From assembly GCA_964016885.1 (NCBI GenBank), contig OZ024744.1:105462001-105526000 (forward strand): a stretch of 64,000 bases of DNA, in the 5' to 3' direction. The stretch is from Eledone cirrhosa (Eukaryota). The notes under the pieces were generated by a model that did not search any database, was not told the origin of the DNA, and saw only the letters and a program-made list of their open reading frames with translations. Both the position numbers and the translations under genes were made by a program. Below, piece after piece: positions 1 through 12,800 of this stretch. Position 1 is the stretch's first letter. Every line of letters begins with the position of its first letter.

Positions 1-3000
1 TGCCGTCTATGACTATTCTGTGTCAACGGTTGTATGCTGTCTATGACTAGTCTGTGTGTACGGTTGTATGCAGTCTATGACTAGTCTGTGTCTACTGTTG
101 TATGCCGTCTGTGACTAGTCTGTGTGTACGGTTGTATGCAGTCTATGACTAGTCTGTGTCTACGGTTGTATGCCGTCTATGGCTAGTCTGTGTGTACGGT
201 TGTATGCCGTCTATGACTAGTCTGTGTCTACAGTTGTATGCCGTCTATGACTAGTCTGTGTCTACAGTTGTATGCCGTCTATGACTAGTCTGTGTCTACG
301 GTTGTATGCCGTCTATGACTAGTCTGTGTCTACAGTTGTATGCCGTCTATGACTAGTTTGTGTCTACTGTTGTATACCGTCTATGACTAGTCTGTGTCTA
401 CGGTTGTATGCAGTCTATGACTAGTCTGTGTCTACGGTTGTATGCCGTCTATGATTAGTCTGTGTCTACGGTTGTATGCCGTCTATGACTAGTCAGTGTC
501 TACAGTTGTATGCCGTCTATGACTAGTCTGTGTCTTCGGTTGTATGCCGTCTATGACTAGTCTGTCTACGGTTGTATGCCGTCTATGACTAGTCTGTGTC
601 TACAGTTGTATGGCGTCTATGACTAGTCTGTGTCTACGGTTGTATGCCGTCTATGACTATTCTGTGTCTATGGTTGAATGCCGTCTATGACTAGTCTGTG
701 TCTACGGTTGTATGCCGTTATGACTAGTCTGATCCACGGTTGTATGCCGTCTATGACTAGTCTGATCCACTGTTGTATGCCGTCTATGACTAGTCTGTGT
801 CTTCAGTTGTATGCCGTTCATGAGTAGTCTGTGTGTACGGTTGTATGCCGTCTATGACTAGTCTGTGTCTACGGTTGTATGCCGTCTATGACTAGTCTGT
901 GTCTACGGTTGTATGCCGTCTATGACTAGTCTGTGTCTACGGTTGTATGCAGTCTATGACTAGTCTGTGTGTTCGGTTGTATGCCGTCTATGACTAGTCT
1001 GAATCTACGGTTGTATGCAGTCTATGACTAGTCTGTGTCTACAGTTGTATGCCGTTTATGACTAGTCTGTGTGTACGGTTGTATGCCGTCTATGACTAGT
1101 TTGTGTCTACAGTTGTATGCCGTCTATGACTAGTCTGTGTCTACAGTTGTATACCGTCTATGACTTGTCTATGTCTACAGTTGTATGCCGTCTATCACTA
1201 GTCTGTGTCTACGGTTGTATGCCGTCTATGACTAGTCTGTGTCTACGGTTGTATGCCGTCTATGACTAGTCTGTGTCTACGGTTGTATGCTGTCTATGAC
1301 TAGTCTGTGTCTACTGCTGTATGCAGTCTATGACTAGTCTGTGTCTACGGTTGTATGCAGGCTATGACTAGTCTGTGTCTACGGTTGTATGCCGTCTATG
1401 ACTAGTCTGTTTGTACGGTTGTATGCCGTCTATGACTAGTCTTTGTGTACGGTTGTATGCCGTCTATGACTAGTCTGTGTGTACGGTTGAATGCCGTCTA
1501 TGACTAGTCTGTGTCTACGGTTGTATGCCGTCTATGACTAGTCTGTGTGTACGGTTGTATGCCGTCTATGACTAGTCTGTGTCTACGGTTGTATGCCGTC
1601 TGTGACTAGTCTGATCCACGGTTGTATGCCGTCTATGACTAGTCTGATCCACGGTTGTATGCCGTCTATGACTAGTCTGTGTCTACGGTTGTATGCAGTC
1701 TATGACTAGTCAGTGTCTACGGTTGTATGGCGTCTATGACTAGTCTGTGTCTACGGTTGTATGCCATATATGACTAGTCTGTGTCTACAGTTGTATGCCA
1801 TCTATGACTAGTCTGTGTCAACAGTTGTATACTGTCTATGACTAGTCTGTGTCTACGGTTGTATGCCGTCTATGACTAGTCTGTGTGTACGGTTCTATGC
1901 CGTCTATGACTAGTCTGTGTGTGCGGTTGTATGCCGTCTATGACTAGTCTGTGTGTACGGTTGTATGCCGTCTATGACTAGTCTGTGTGTACGGTTGTAT
2001 GCCGTCTATGACTAGTCTGAGTCTACGGTTGTATGCCGTCTATGACTAGTCTGTGTGTACGGTTCTATGCCGGCTATGACTAGTCTGTGTCTAGGGTTGT
2101 ATGCAGTCTATGACTAGTCTGTGTGTACGGTTGTATGCCGTCTATGACTAGTCTGTGTATACGGTTGTATGCCGTCTATGACTAGTCTGTGTCTACGGCT
2201 GTATGCCGTCTATGACTAGTCTGTGTCTACAGTTGTATGCCGTCTATGACTAGTCTGTGTCTACGGTTGTATGCTGTCTATGACTAGTCTGTGTCTACAG
2301 TTGTATGCCGTCACTGACTAGTCTGTGTCTACGGTTGTATGCCGTCTATGACTAGTCTGTGTCTACGGTTGTATGCCGTCTATGACTAGTCTGTGTCTAC
2401 GGTTGTATGCCGTCTATGACTAGTCTGTGTCTACAGTTGTATGCCGTCTATGACTAGTCTGTGTCTACGGTTGTATGCCGTCTATGACTAGACTGTGTCT
2501 ACAGATTTATGCCGTCTCTGACTAGTCAGTGTCTACAGTTGTATGCCGTCTATGACTAGTCTGTGTCTACGGTTGTATGCTGTCTATGACTAGTCTGTGT
2601 CTACTGCTGTATGCAGTCTATGACTAGTCAGTGTCTACGGTTGTATGCAGGCTATGACTAGTCTGTGTCTACGGTTGTATGCCGTCTATGACTAGTCTGT
2701 GTGTACGGTTGTATGCCGTCTATGACTAGTCTTTGTGTACGGTTGTATGCCGTCTATGACTAGTCTGTGTGTACGGTTGAATGCCGTCTATGACTAGTCT
2801 GTGTCTACGGTTGTATGCCGTCTATGACTAGTCTGTGTGTACGGTTGTATGCCGTCTATGACTAGTCTGTGTCTACGGTTGTATGCCGTCTATGACTAGT
2901 CTGTGTGTACGGTTGTATGCCGTCTTTGACTAGTCTGTGTGTAAGGTTGTATGCCGTCTATGACTAGTCTGAGTCTACGGTTGTATGCCGTCTATGACTA

Positions 3001-3821
3001 GTCTGTGTGTACGTTCTATGCCGTCTATGACTAGTCTGTGTCTAGGGTTGTATGCCGTCTATGACTAGTCTGTGTGTACGGTTGTATGCCGTCTATGACT
3101 AGTCTGTGTATACGGTTGTATGCCGTCTATGACTAGTCTGGGTCTACGGTTGTATGCCGTCTATGACTAGTCTGTGTCTACGGTTGTATGCCATCTATGA
3201 CTAGTCTGTGTCTACGGTTGTATGCCGTCTATGACTAGTCTGTGTCTACAGTTGTATGCCGTCTATGACTAGTCTGTGTCTACGGTTGTATGCCGTCTAT
3301 GACTAGTCTGTGTCTACAGATTTATGCCGTCTCTGACTAGTCTGTGTCTACGGTTGTATGCCGTCTATGCCTGGTATGTGTCTACGGTTGTATGCCGTCT
3401 ATGACTAGTCTGTGTCTACAGTTGTATGCCGTCTATGACTAGTCTGTGTCTACGGTTGTATCCTGTCTATGACTAGTCTGTGTCTACTGCTGTATGCAGG
3501 CTAAGACTAGTCTGTGTCTACGGTTGTATGCCGTCTATGACTAGTCTGTGTGTACGGTTGTATGCCGTCTATGACTAGTCTTTGTGTACGGTTGTATGCC
3601 GTCTATGACTAGTCTGTGTGTACGGTTGAATGCCGTCTATGACTAGTCTGTGTCTACGGTTGTATGCCGTCTATGACTAGTCTGTGTGTACGGTTGTATG
3701 CCGTCTATGACTAGTCTGTGTCTACGGTTGTATGCCGTCTATGACTAGTCTGTGTGTACGGTTGTATGCCGTCTATGACTAGTCTGTGTGTACGGTTGTA
3801 TGCCGTCTATGACTAGTCTGA

Positions 3822-6800
3822 GTCTACGGTTGTATGCCGTCTATGACTAGTCTGTGTGTACGGTTCTATGCCGTCTATGACTAGTCTGTGTCTAGTGTTG
3901 TATGCCGTCTATGACTAGTCTGTGTGTACGGTTGTATGCAGGCTATGACTAGTCTGTGTATACGATTGTATGCCGTCTATGACTAGTCTGTGTCTACGGT
4001 TGTATGCCGTCTATGACTAGTCTGTGTCTACAGTTGTATGCCGTCTATGACTAGTCTGTGTCTACGGTTTTATGCCGTCTATGATAGTCTGTGTCTACAG
4101 TTGTATGCCTTCTCTGACTAGTCTGTGTCTACGGTTGTATGCCGTCTATGACTAGTCTGTGTCTACGGTTGTATGCCGTCTATGACTAGTCTGTGTCTAC
4201 GGTTGTATGCCGTCTATGACTAGTCTGTGTCTACAGTTGTATGCCGTCTATGGCTAGTCTGTGTCTACGGTTGTATGCCGTCTATGACTAGTCTGTGTCT
4301 ACAGATTTATGCCGTCTCTGACTAGTCTGTGTCTACGGTTGTATGCCGTCTATGACTGGTCTGTGTCTACGGTTGTATGCCGTCTATGACTAGTCTGTGT
4401 CTACAGTTGTATGCCGTCTATGACTAGTCTGTGTCTACGGTTGTATGCCGTCTATGACTAGTCTGTGTCTACAGTTGTATGCCGTCTCTAACTAGTCTGT
4501 GTCTACGGTTGTATGCCATCTATGACTAGTCTGTGTCTACGGTTGTATGCCGTCTATGACTAGTCTGAGTCTACGGTTGTATGCAGTCTATGACTAGTCT
4601 GTGTCTACAGTTGTATGCCGTCTATGACTAGTCTGTGTATACGGTTGTATGCCGTCTATGACTAGTCTGTGTCTACGGTTGTATGCCGTCTATGACTAGT
4701 CTGTGTCTACAGTTGTATGCCGTCTATGACTAGTCTGTGTCTACGGTTGTATGCCGTCTATGACTAGTCTGTGTCTACAGTTGTATGCCGTCTCTGACTA
4801 GTCTGTGTCTACGGTTGTATGCCGTCTATGACTAGTCTGTGTCTACGGTTGTATTCCGTCTATGACTAGTCTGTGTCTACGGTTTATGCCGTCTATGACT
4901 AGTCTGTGTCTACGGTTGTATGCCATCTATGACTGGTCTGTGTGTACGGTTGTATGCCGTCTATGACTAGTCTGTGTCTACGGTTGTATGCCGTCTATGA
5001 CTAGTCTGTGTGTAATGTTGTATGCCGTCTATGACTAGTCTGTGTCTACGGTTGTATGCCGTCTATGACTAGTCTGTGTCTACGCTTGTATGCCGTCTAT
5101 GACTAGAATGTGTCTACGGCTGTATGCCATCTATGACTAGTCTGTGTGTAATGTTGTATGCCGTCTATGACTAGTCTGTGTCTACGCTTGTATGCCGTCT
5201 ATGACTAGTCTGTGTGTACGGTTGTATGCCGTCTATGACTAGTCTGTGTCTACGGTTGTATGCCGTCTATGACTTGTCTGTGTCTACGGTTGTATGCCCT
5301 CTTTGTCTAGTCTGTGTCTACGGTTGTATGCCGTCTATGACTAGTCTGTGTCTACTGTTGTATGCAGTCTATGACTAGTCTGTGTCTACGGTTGTATGCC
5401 GTCTATGACTAGTCTGTGTCTACGGTTGTATGCTGTCTATGACTAGTCTGTGTCTACGGTTGTATGCCGTCTATGACTAGTCTGTGTCTACGGTTGTATG
5501 CCGTCTATGACTAGTCTGTGTGTACGGTTGTATGCCGTCTATATCTAGTCTGAGTCTACGGTTGTAGGCAGTCTATGACTAGTCTGTGTCTACGGTTGTA
5601 TGCCGTCTATGACTAGTCTGTGTCTACGGTTGTATGCCGTCTATGACTAGTGTGTGTCTACAGTTGTATGCCGTCTATGACTAGTCTGTGTCTACAGTTG
5701 TATGCCGTCTATGACTAGTCTGTGTCTACGGTTGTATGCCGTCTATGACTAGTCTCTGTCTACGGTTGTATGCCGTCTATGACTATTCTGTGTCAACGGT
5801 TGTATGCTGTCTATGACTAGTCTGTGTGTACGGTTGTATGCAGTCTATGACTAGTCTGTGTCTACTGTTGTATGCCGTCTGTGACTAGTCTGTGTGTACG
5901 GTTGTATGCAGTCTATGACTAGTCTGTGTCTACGGTTGTATGCCGTCTATGGCTAGTCTGTGTGTACGGTTGTATGCCGTCTATGACTAGTCTGTGTCTA
6001 CAGATGTATGCCGTCTATGACTAGTCTGTGTCTACAGTTGTATGCCGTCTATGACTAGTCTGTGTCTACGGTTGTATGCCGTCTATGACTAGTCTGTGTC
6101 TACAGTTGTATGCCGTCTATGACTAGTTTGTGTCTACTGTTGTATACCGTCTATGACTAGTCTGTGTCTACGGTTGTATGCAGTCTATGACTAGTCTGTG
6201 TCTACGGTTGTATGCCGTCTATGATTAGTCTGTGTCTACGGTTGTATGCCGTCTATGACTAGTCAGTGTCTACAGTTGTATGCCGTATATGACTAGTCTG
6301 TGTCTTCGGTTGTATGCCGTCTATGACTAGTCTGTCTACGGTTGTATGCCGTCTATGACTAGTCTGTGTCTACAGTTGTATGTCGTCTATGACTAGTCTG
6401 TGTCTACGGTTGTATGCCGTCTATGACTATTCTGTGTCTATGGTTGAATGCCGTCTATGACTAGTCTGTGTCTACGGTTGTATGCCGTTATGACTAGTCT
6501 GATCCACGGTTGTATGCCGTCTATGACTAGTCTAATCCACTGTTGTATGCCGTCTATGACTAGTCTGTGTCTTCAGTTGTGTGCCGTTTATGAGTAGTCT
6601 GTGTGTACGGTTGTATGCCGTCTACGACTAGTCTGTGTCTACGGTTGTATGCCGTCTATGACTAGTCTGTGTCTACGGTTGTATGCCGTCTATGACTAGT
6701 CTGTGTCTACGGTTGTATGCAGTCTATGACTAGTCTGTGTGTTCGGTTGTATGCCGTCTATGACTAGTCTGAATCTACGGTTGTATGCAGTCTATGACTA

Positions 6801-9800
6801 GTCTGTGTCTACAGTTGTATGCCGTTTATGACTAGTCTGTGTGTACGGTTGTATGCCGTCTATGACTAGTTTGTGTCTACAGTTGTATGCCGTCTATGAC
6901 TAGTCTGTGTCTACAGTTGTATACCGTCTATGACTTGTCTATGTCTACAGTTGTATGCCGTCTATCACTAGTCTGTGTCTACGGTTGTATGCCGTCTATG
7001 ACTAGTCTGTGTCTACGGTTGTATGCCGTCTATGACTAGTCTGTGTCTACGGTTGTATGCTGTCTATGACTAGTCTGTGTCTACTGCTGTATGCAGTCTA
7101 TGACTAGTCTGTGTCTACGGTTGTATGCAGGCTATGACTAGTCTGTGTCTACGGTTGTATGCCGTCTATGACTAGTCTGTTTGTACGGTTGTATGCCGTC
7201 TATGACTAGTCTTTGTGTACGGTTGTATGCCATCTATGACTAGTCTGTGTGTACGGTTGAATGCCGTCTATGACTAGTCTGTGTCTACGGTTGTATGCCG
7301 TCTATGACTAGTCTGTGTGTACGGTTGTATGCCGTCTATGACTAGTCTGTGTCTACGGTTGTATGCCGTCTATGACTACTCTGTGTCTACAGTTGTATGC
7401 CGTCTATGACTAGTCTGTGTCTACGGTTGTATGCCGTCTATGACTAGTCTGTGTCTACAGTTGTATGCCGTCTCTGACTAGTCTGTGTCTACGGTTGTAT
7501 GCCGTCTATGACTAGTCTGTGTCTACGGTTGTATTCCGTCTATGACTAGTCTGTGTCTACGGTTTATGCCGTCTATGACTAGTCTGTGTCTACGGTTGTA
7601 TGCCATCTATGACTAGTCTGTGTGTACGGTTGTATGCCGTCTATGACTAGTCTGTGTCTACGGTTGTATGCCGTCTATGACTAGTCTGTGTGTAATGTTG
7701 TATGCCGTCTATGACTAGTCTGTGTCTACGGTTGTATGCCGTCTATGACTAGTCTGTGTCTACGCTTGTATGCCGTCTATGACTAGAATGTGTCTACGGC
7801 TGTATGCCATCTATGACTAGTCTGTGTGTAATGTTGTATGCCGTCTATGACTAGTCTGTGTCTACGCTTGTATGCCGTCTATGACTAGTCTGTGTGTACG
7901 GTTGTATGCCGTCTATGACTAGTCTGTGTCTACGGTTGTATGCCGTCTATGACTTGTCTGTGTCTACGGTTGTATGCCCTCTTTGACTAGTCTGTGTCTA
8001 CGGTTGTATGCCGTCTATGACTAGTCTGTGTCTACTGTTGTATGCAGTCTATGACTAGTCTGTGTCTACGGTTGTATGCCGTCGATGACTAGTCTGTGTC
8101 TACGGTTGTATGCTGTCTATGACTAGTCTGTGTCTACGGTTGTATGCCGTCTATGACTAGTCTGTGTCTACGGTTGTATGCCGTCTATGACTAGTCTGTG
8201 TCTACGGTTGTATGCCGTCTATGTCTAGTCTGAGTCTACGGTTGTAGGCAGTCTATGACTAGTCTGTGTCTACGGTTGTATGCCGTCTATGACTAGTCTG
8301 TGTCTACGGTTGTATGCCGTCTATGACTAGTGTGTGTCTACAGTTGTATGCCGTCTATGACTAGTCTGTGTCTACGGTTGTATGCCGTCTATGACTAGTC
8401 TGTGTCTACAGTTGTATGCCGTCTATGACTAGTCTGTGTCTACGGTTGTATGCCGTCTATGACTTGTCTGTGTCTACGGTTGTATGCCCTCTTTGACTAG
8501 TCTGTGTCTACGGTTGTATGCCGTCTATGACTAGTCTGTGTCTACTGTTGTATGCAGTCTATGACTAGTCTGTGTCTACGGTTGTATGCCGTCTATGACT
8601 AGTCTGTGTCTACGGTTGTATGCTGTCTATGACTAGTCTGTGTCTACGGTTGTATGCCGTCTATGACTAGTCTGTGTCTACGGTTGTATGCCGTCTATGA
8701 CTAGTCTGTGTCTACGGTTGTATGCCGTCTATGTCTAGTCTGAGTCTACGGTTGTAGGCAGTCTATGACTAGTCTGTGTCTACGGTTGTATGCCGTCTAT
8801 GACTAGTCTGTGTCTACGGTTGTATGCCGTCTATGACTAGTGTGTGTCTACAGTTGTATGCCGTCTATGACTAGTTTGTGTCTACTGTTGTATACCGTCT
8901 ATGACTAGTCTGTGTCTACGGTTGTATGCAGTCTATGACTAGTCTGTGTCTACGGTTGTATGCCGTCTATGATTAGTCTGTGTCTACGGTTGTATGCCGT
9001 CTATGACTAGTCAGTGTCTACAGTTGTATGCCGTCTATGACTAGTCTGTGTCTTCGGTTGTATGCCGTCTATGACTAGTCTGTCTACGGTTGTATGCCGT
9101 CTATGACTAGTCTGTGTCTACAGTTGTATGCCGTTTATGAGTAGTCTGTGTGTACGGTTGTATGCCGTCTATGACTAGTCTGTGTCTACGGTTGTATGCC
9201 GTCTATGACTAGTCTGTGTCTACGGTTGTATGCCGTCTATGACTAGTCTGTGTCTACGGTTGTATGCAGTCTATGACTAGTCTGTGTGTTCGGTTGTATG
9301 CCGTCTATGACTAGTCTGAATCTACGGTTGTATGCAGTCTATGACTAGTCTGTGTCTACAGTTGTATGCCGTTTATGACTAGTCTTTGTGTACGGTTGTA
9401 TGCCGTCTATGACTAGTTTGTGTCTACAGTTGTATGCCGTCTATGACTAGTCTGTGTCTACAGTTGTATACCGTCTATGACTTGTCTATGTCTACAGTTG
9501 TATGCCGTCTATCACTAGTCTGTGTCTACGGTTGTATGCCGTCTATGACTAGTCTGTGTCTACGGTTGTATGCCGTCTATGACTAGTCTGTGTCTACGGT
9601 TGTATGCTGTCTATGACTAGTCTGTGTCTACTGCTGTATGCAGTCTATGACTAGTCTGTGTCTACGGTTGTATGCAGGCTATGACTAGTGTGTGTCTACG
9701 GTTGTATGCCGTCTATGACTAGTCTGTTTGTACGGTTGTATGCCGTCTATGACTAGTCTTTGTGTACGGTTGTATGCCGTCTATGACTAGTCTGTGTGTA

Positions 9801-12800
9801 CGGTTGAATGCCGTCTATGACTAGTCTGTGTCTACGGTTGAATGCCGTCTATGACTAGTCTGTGTGTACGGTTGTATGCCGTCTATGACTAGTCTGTGTC
9901 TACGGTTGTATGCCGTCTGTGACTAGTCTGATCCACGGTTGTATGCCGTCTATGACTAGTCTGATCCACGGTTGTATGCCGTCTATGACTAGTCTGTGTC
10001 TACGGTTGTATGCAGTCTATGACTAGTCAGTGTCTACGGTTGTATGGCGTCTATGACTAGTCTGTGTCTACGGTTGTATGCCATATATGACTAGTCTGTG
10101 TCTACAGTTGTATGCCATCTATGACTAGTCTGTGTCAACAGTTGTATACTGTCTATGACTAGTCTGTGTCTACGGTTGTATGCCGTCTATGACTAGTCTG
10201 TGTGTACGGTTCTATGCCGTCTATGACTAGTCTGTGTGTACGGTTGTATGCCGTCTATGACTAGTCTGTGTGTACGGTTGTATGCCGTCTATGACTAGTC
10301 TGTGTGTACGGTTGTATGCCGTCTATGACTAGTCTGAGTCTACGGTTGTATGCCGTCTATGACTAGTCTGTGTGTACGGTTCTATGCCGGCTATGACTAG
10401 TCTGTGTCTAGGGTTGTATGCAGTCTATGACTAGTCTGTGTGTACGGTTGTATGCCGTCTATGACTAGTCTGTGTATACGGTTGTATGCCGTCTATGACT
10501 AGTCTGTGTCTACGGTTGTATGCCGTCTATGACTAGTCTGTGTCTACAGTTGTATGCCGTCTATGACTAGTCTGTGTCTACGGTTGTATGCTGTCTATGA
10601 CTAGTCTGTGTCTACAGTTGTATGCCGTCACTGACTAGTCTGTGTCTACGGTTGTATGCCGTCTATGACTAGTCTGTGTCTACGGTTGTATGCCGTCTAT
10701 GACTAGTCTGTGTCTACGGTTGTATGCCGTCTATGACTAGTCTGTGTCTACAGTTGTATGCCGTCTATGACTAGTCTGTGTCTACGGTTGTATGCCGTCT
10801 ATGACTAGACTGTGTCTACAGATTTATGCCGTCTCTGACTAGTCTGTGTCTACAGTTGTATGCCGTCTATGACTAGTCTGTGTCTACGGTTGTATGCCGT
10901 CTATGACTAGTCTGTGTGTACGGTTCTATGCCGTCTATGACTAGTCTGTGTCTAGTGTTGTATGCCGTCTATGACTAGTCTGTGTGTACGGTTGTATGCA
11001 GGCTATGACTAGTCTGTGTATACGATTGTATGCCGTCTATGACTAGTCTGTGTCTACGGTTGTATGCCGTCTATGACTAGTCTGTGTCTACAGTTGTATG
11101 CCGTCTATGACTAGTCTGTGTCTACGGTTTTATGCCGTCTATGATAGTCTGTGTCTACAGTTGTATGCCTTCTCTGACTAGTCTGTGTCTACGGTTGTAT
11201 GCCGTCTATGACTAGTCTGTGTCTACGGTTGTATGCCGTCTATGACTAGTCTGTGTCTACGGTTGTATGCCGTCTATGACTAGTCTGTGTCTACAGTTGT
11301 ATGCCGTCTATGGCTAGTCTGTGTCTACGGTTGTATGCCGTCTATGACTAGTCTGTGTCTACAGATTTATGCCGTCTCTGACTAGTCTGTGTCTACGGTT
11401 GTATGCCGTCTATGACTGGTCTGTGTCTACGGTTGTATGCCGTCTATGACTAGTCTGTGTCTACAGTTGTATGCCGTCTATGACTAGTCTGTGTCTACGG
11501 TTGTATGCCGTCTATGACTAGTCTGTGTCTACAGTTGTATGCCGTCTCTAACTAGTCTGTGTCTACGGTTGTATGCCATCTATGACTAGTCTGTGTCTAC
11601 GGTTGTATGCCGTCTATGACTAGTCTGAGTCTACGGTTGTATGCAGTCTATGACTAGTCTGTGTCTACAGTTGTATGCCGTCTATGACTAGTCTGTGTAT
11701 ACGGTTGTATGCCGTCTATGACTAGTCTGTGTCTACGGTTGTATGCCGTCTATGACTAGTCTGTGTCTACAGTTGTATGCCGTCTATGACTAGTCTGTGT
11801 CTACGGTTGTATGCCGTCTATGACTAGTCTGTGTCTACAGTTGTATGCCGTCTCTGACTAGTCTGTGTCTACGGTTGTATGCCGTCTATGACTAGTCTGT
11901 GTCTACGGTTGTATTCCGTCTATGACTAGTCTGTGTCTACGGTTTATGCCGTCTATGACTAGTCTGTGTCTACGGTTGTATGCCATCTATGACTGGTCTG
12001 TGTGTACGGTTGTATGCCGTCTATGACTAGTCTGTGTCTACGGTTGTATGCCGTCTATGACTAGTCTGTGTGTAATGTTGTATGCCGTCTATGACTAGTC
12101 TGTGTCTACGGTTGTATGCCGTCTATGACTAGTCTGTGTCTACGCTTGTATGCCGTCTATGACTAGAATGTGTCTACGGCTGTATGCCATCTATGACTAG
12201 TCTGTGTGTAATGTTGTATGCCGTCTATGACTAGTCTGTGTCTACGCTTGTATGCCGTCTATGACTAGTCTGTGTGTACGGTTGTATGCCGTCTATGACT
12301 AGTCTGTGTCTACGGTTGTATGCCGTCTATGACTTGTCTGTGTCTACGGTTGTATGCCCTCTTTGTCTAGTCTGTGTCTACGGTTGTATGCCGTCTATGA
12401 CTAGTCTGTGTCTACTGTTGTATGCAGTCTATGACTAGTCTGTGTCTACGGTTGTATGCCGTCTATGACTAGTCTGTGTCTACGGTTGTATGCTGTCTAT
12501 GACTAGTCTGTGTCTACGGTTGTATGCCGTCTATGACTAGTCTGTGTCTACGGTTGTATGCCGTCTATGACTAGTCTGTGTGTACGGTTGTATGCCGTCT
12601 ATATCTAGTCTGAGTCTACGGTTGTAGGCAGTCTATGACTAGTCTGTGTCTACGGTTGTATGCCGTCTATGACTAGTCTGTGTCTACGGTTGTATGCCGT
12701 CTATGACTAGTGTGTGTCTACAGTTGTATGCCGTCTATGACTAGTCTGTGTCTACAGTTGTATGCCGTCTATGACTAGTCTGTGTCTACGGTTGTATGCC

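Noticed and set aside
1-170. Five monomers = 170 bp, a nucleosome-sized unit
   Set aside because: Arithmetic coincidence only; I saw no 5-monomer periodicity among the variants.
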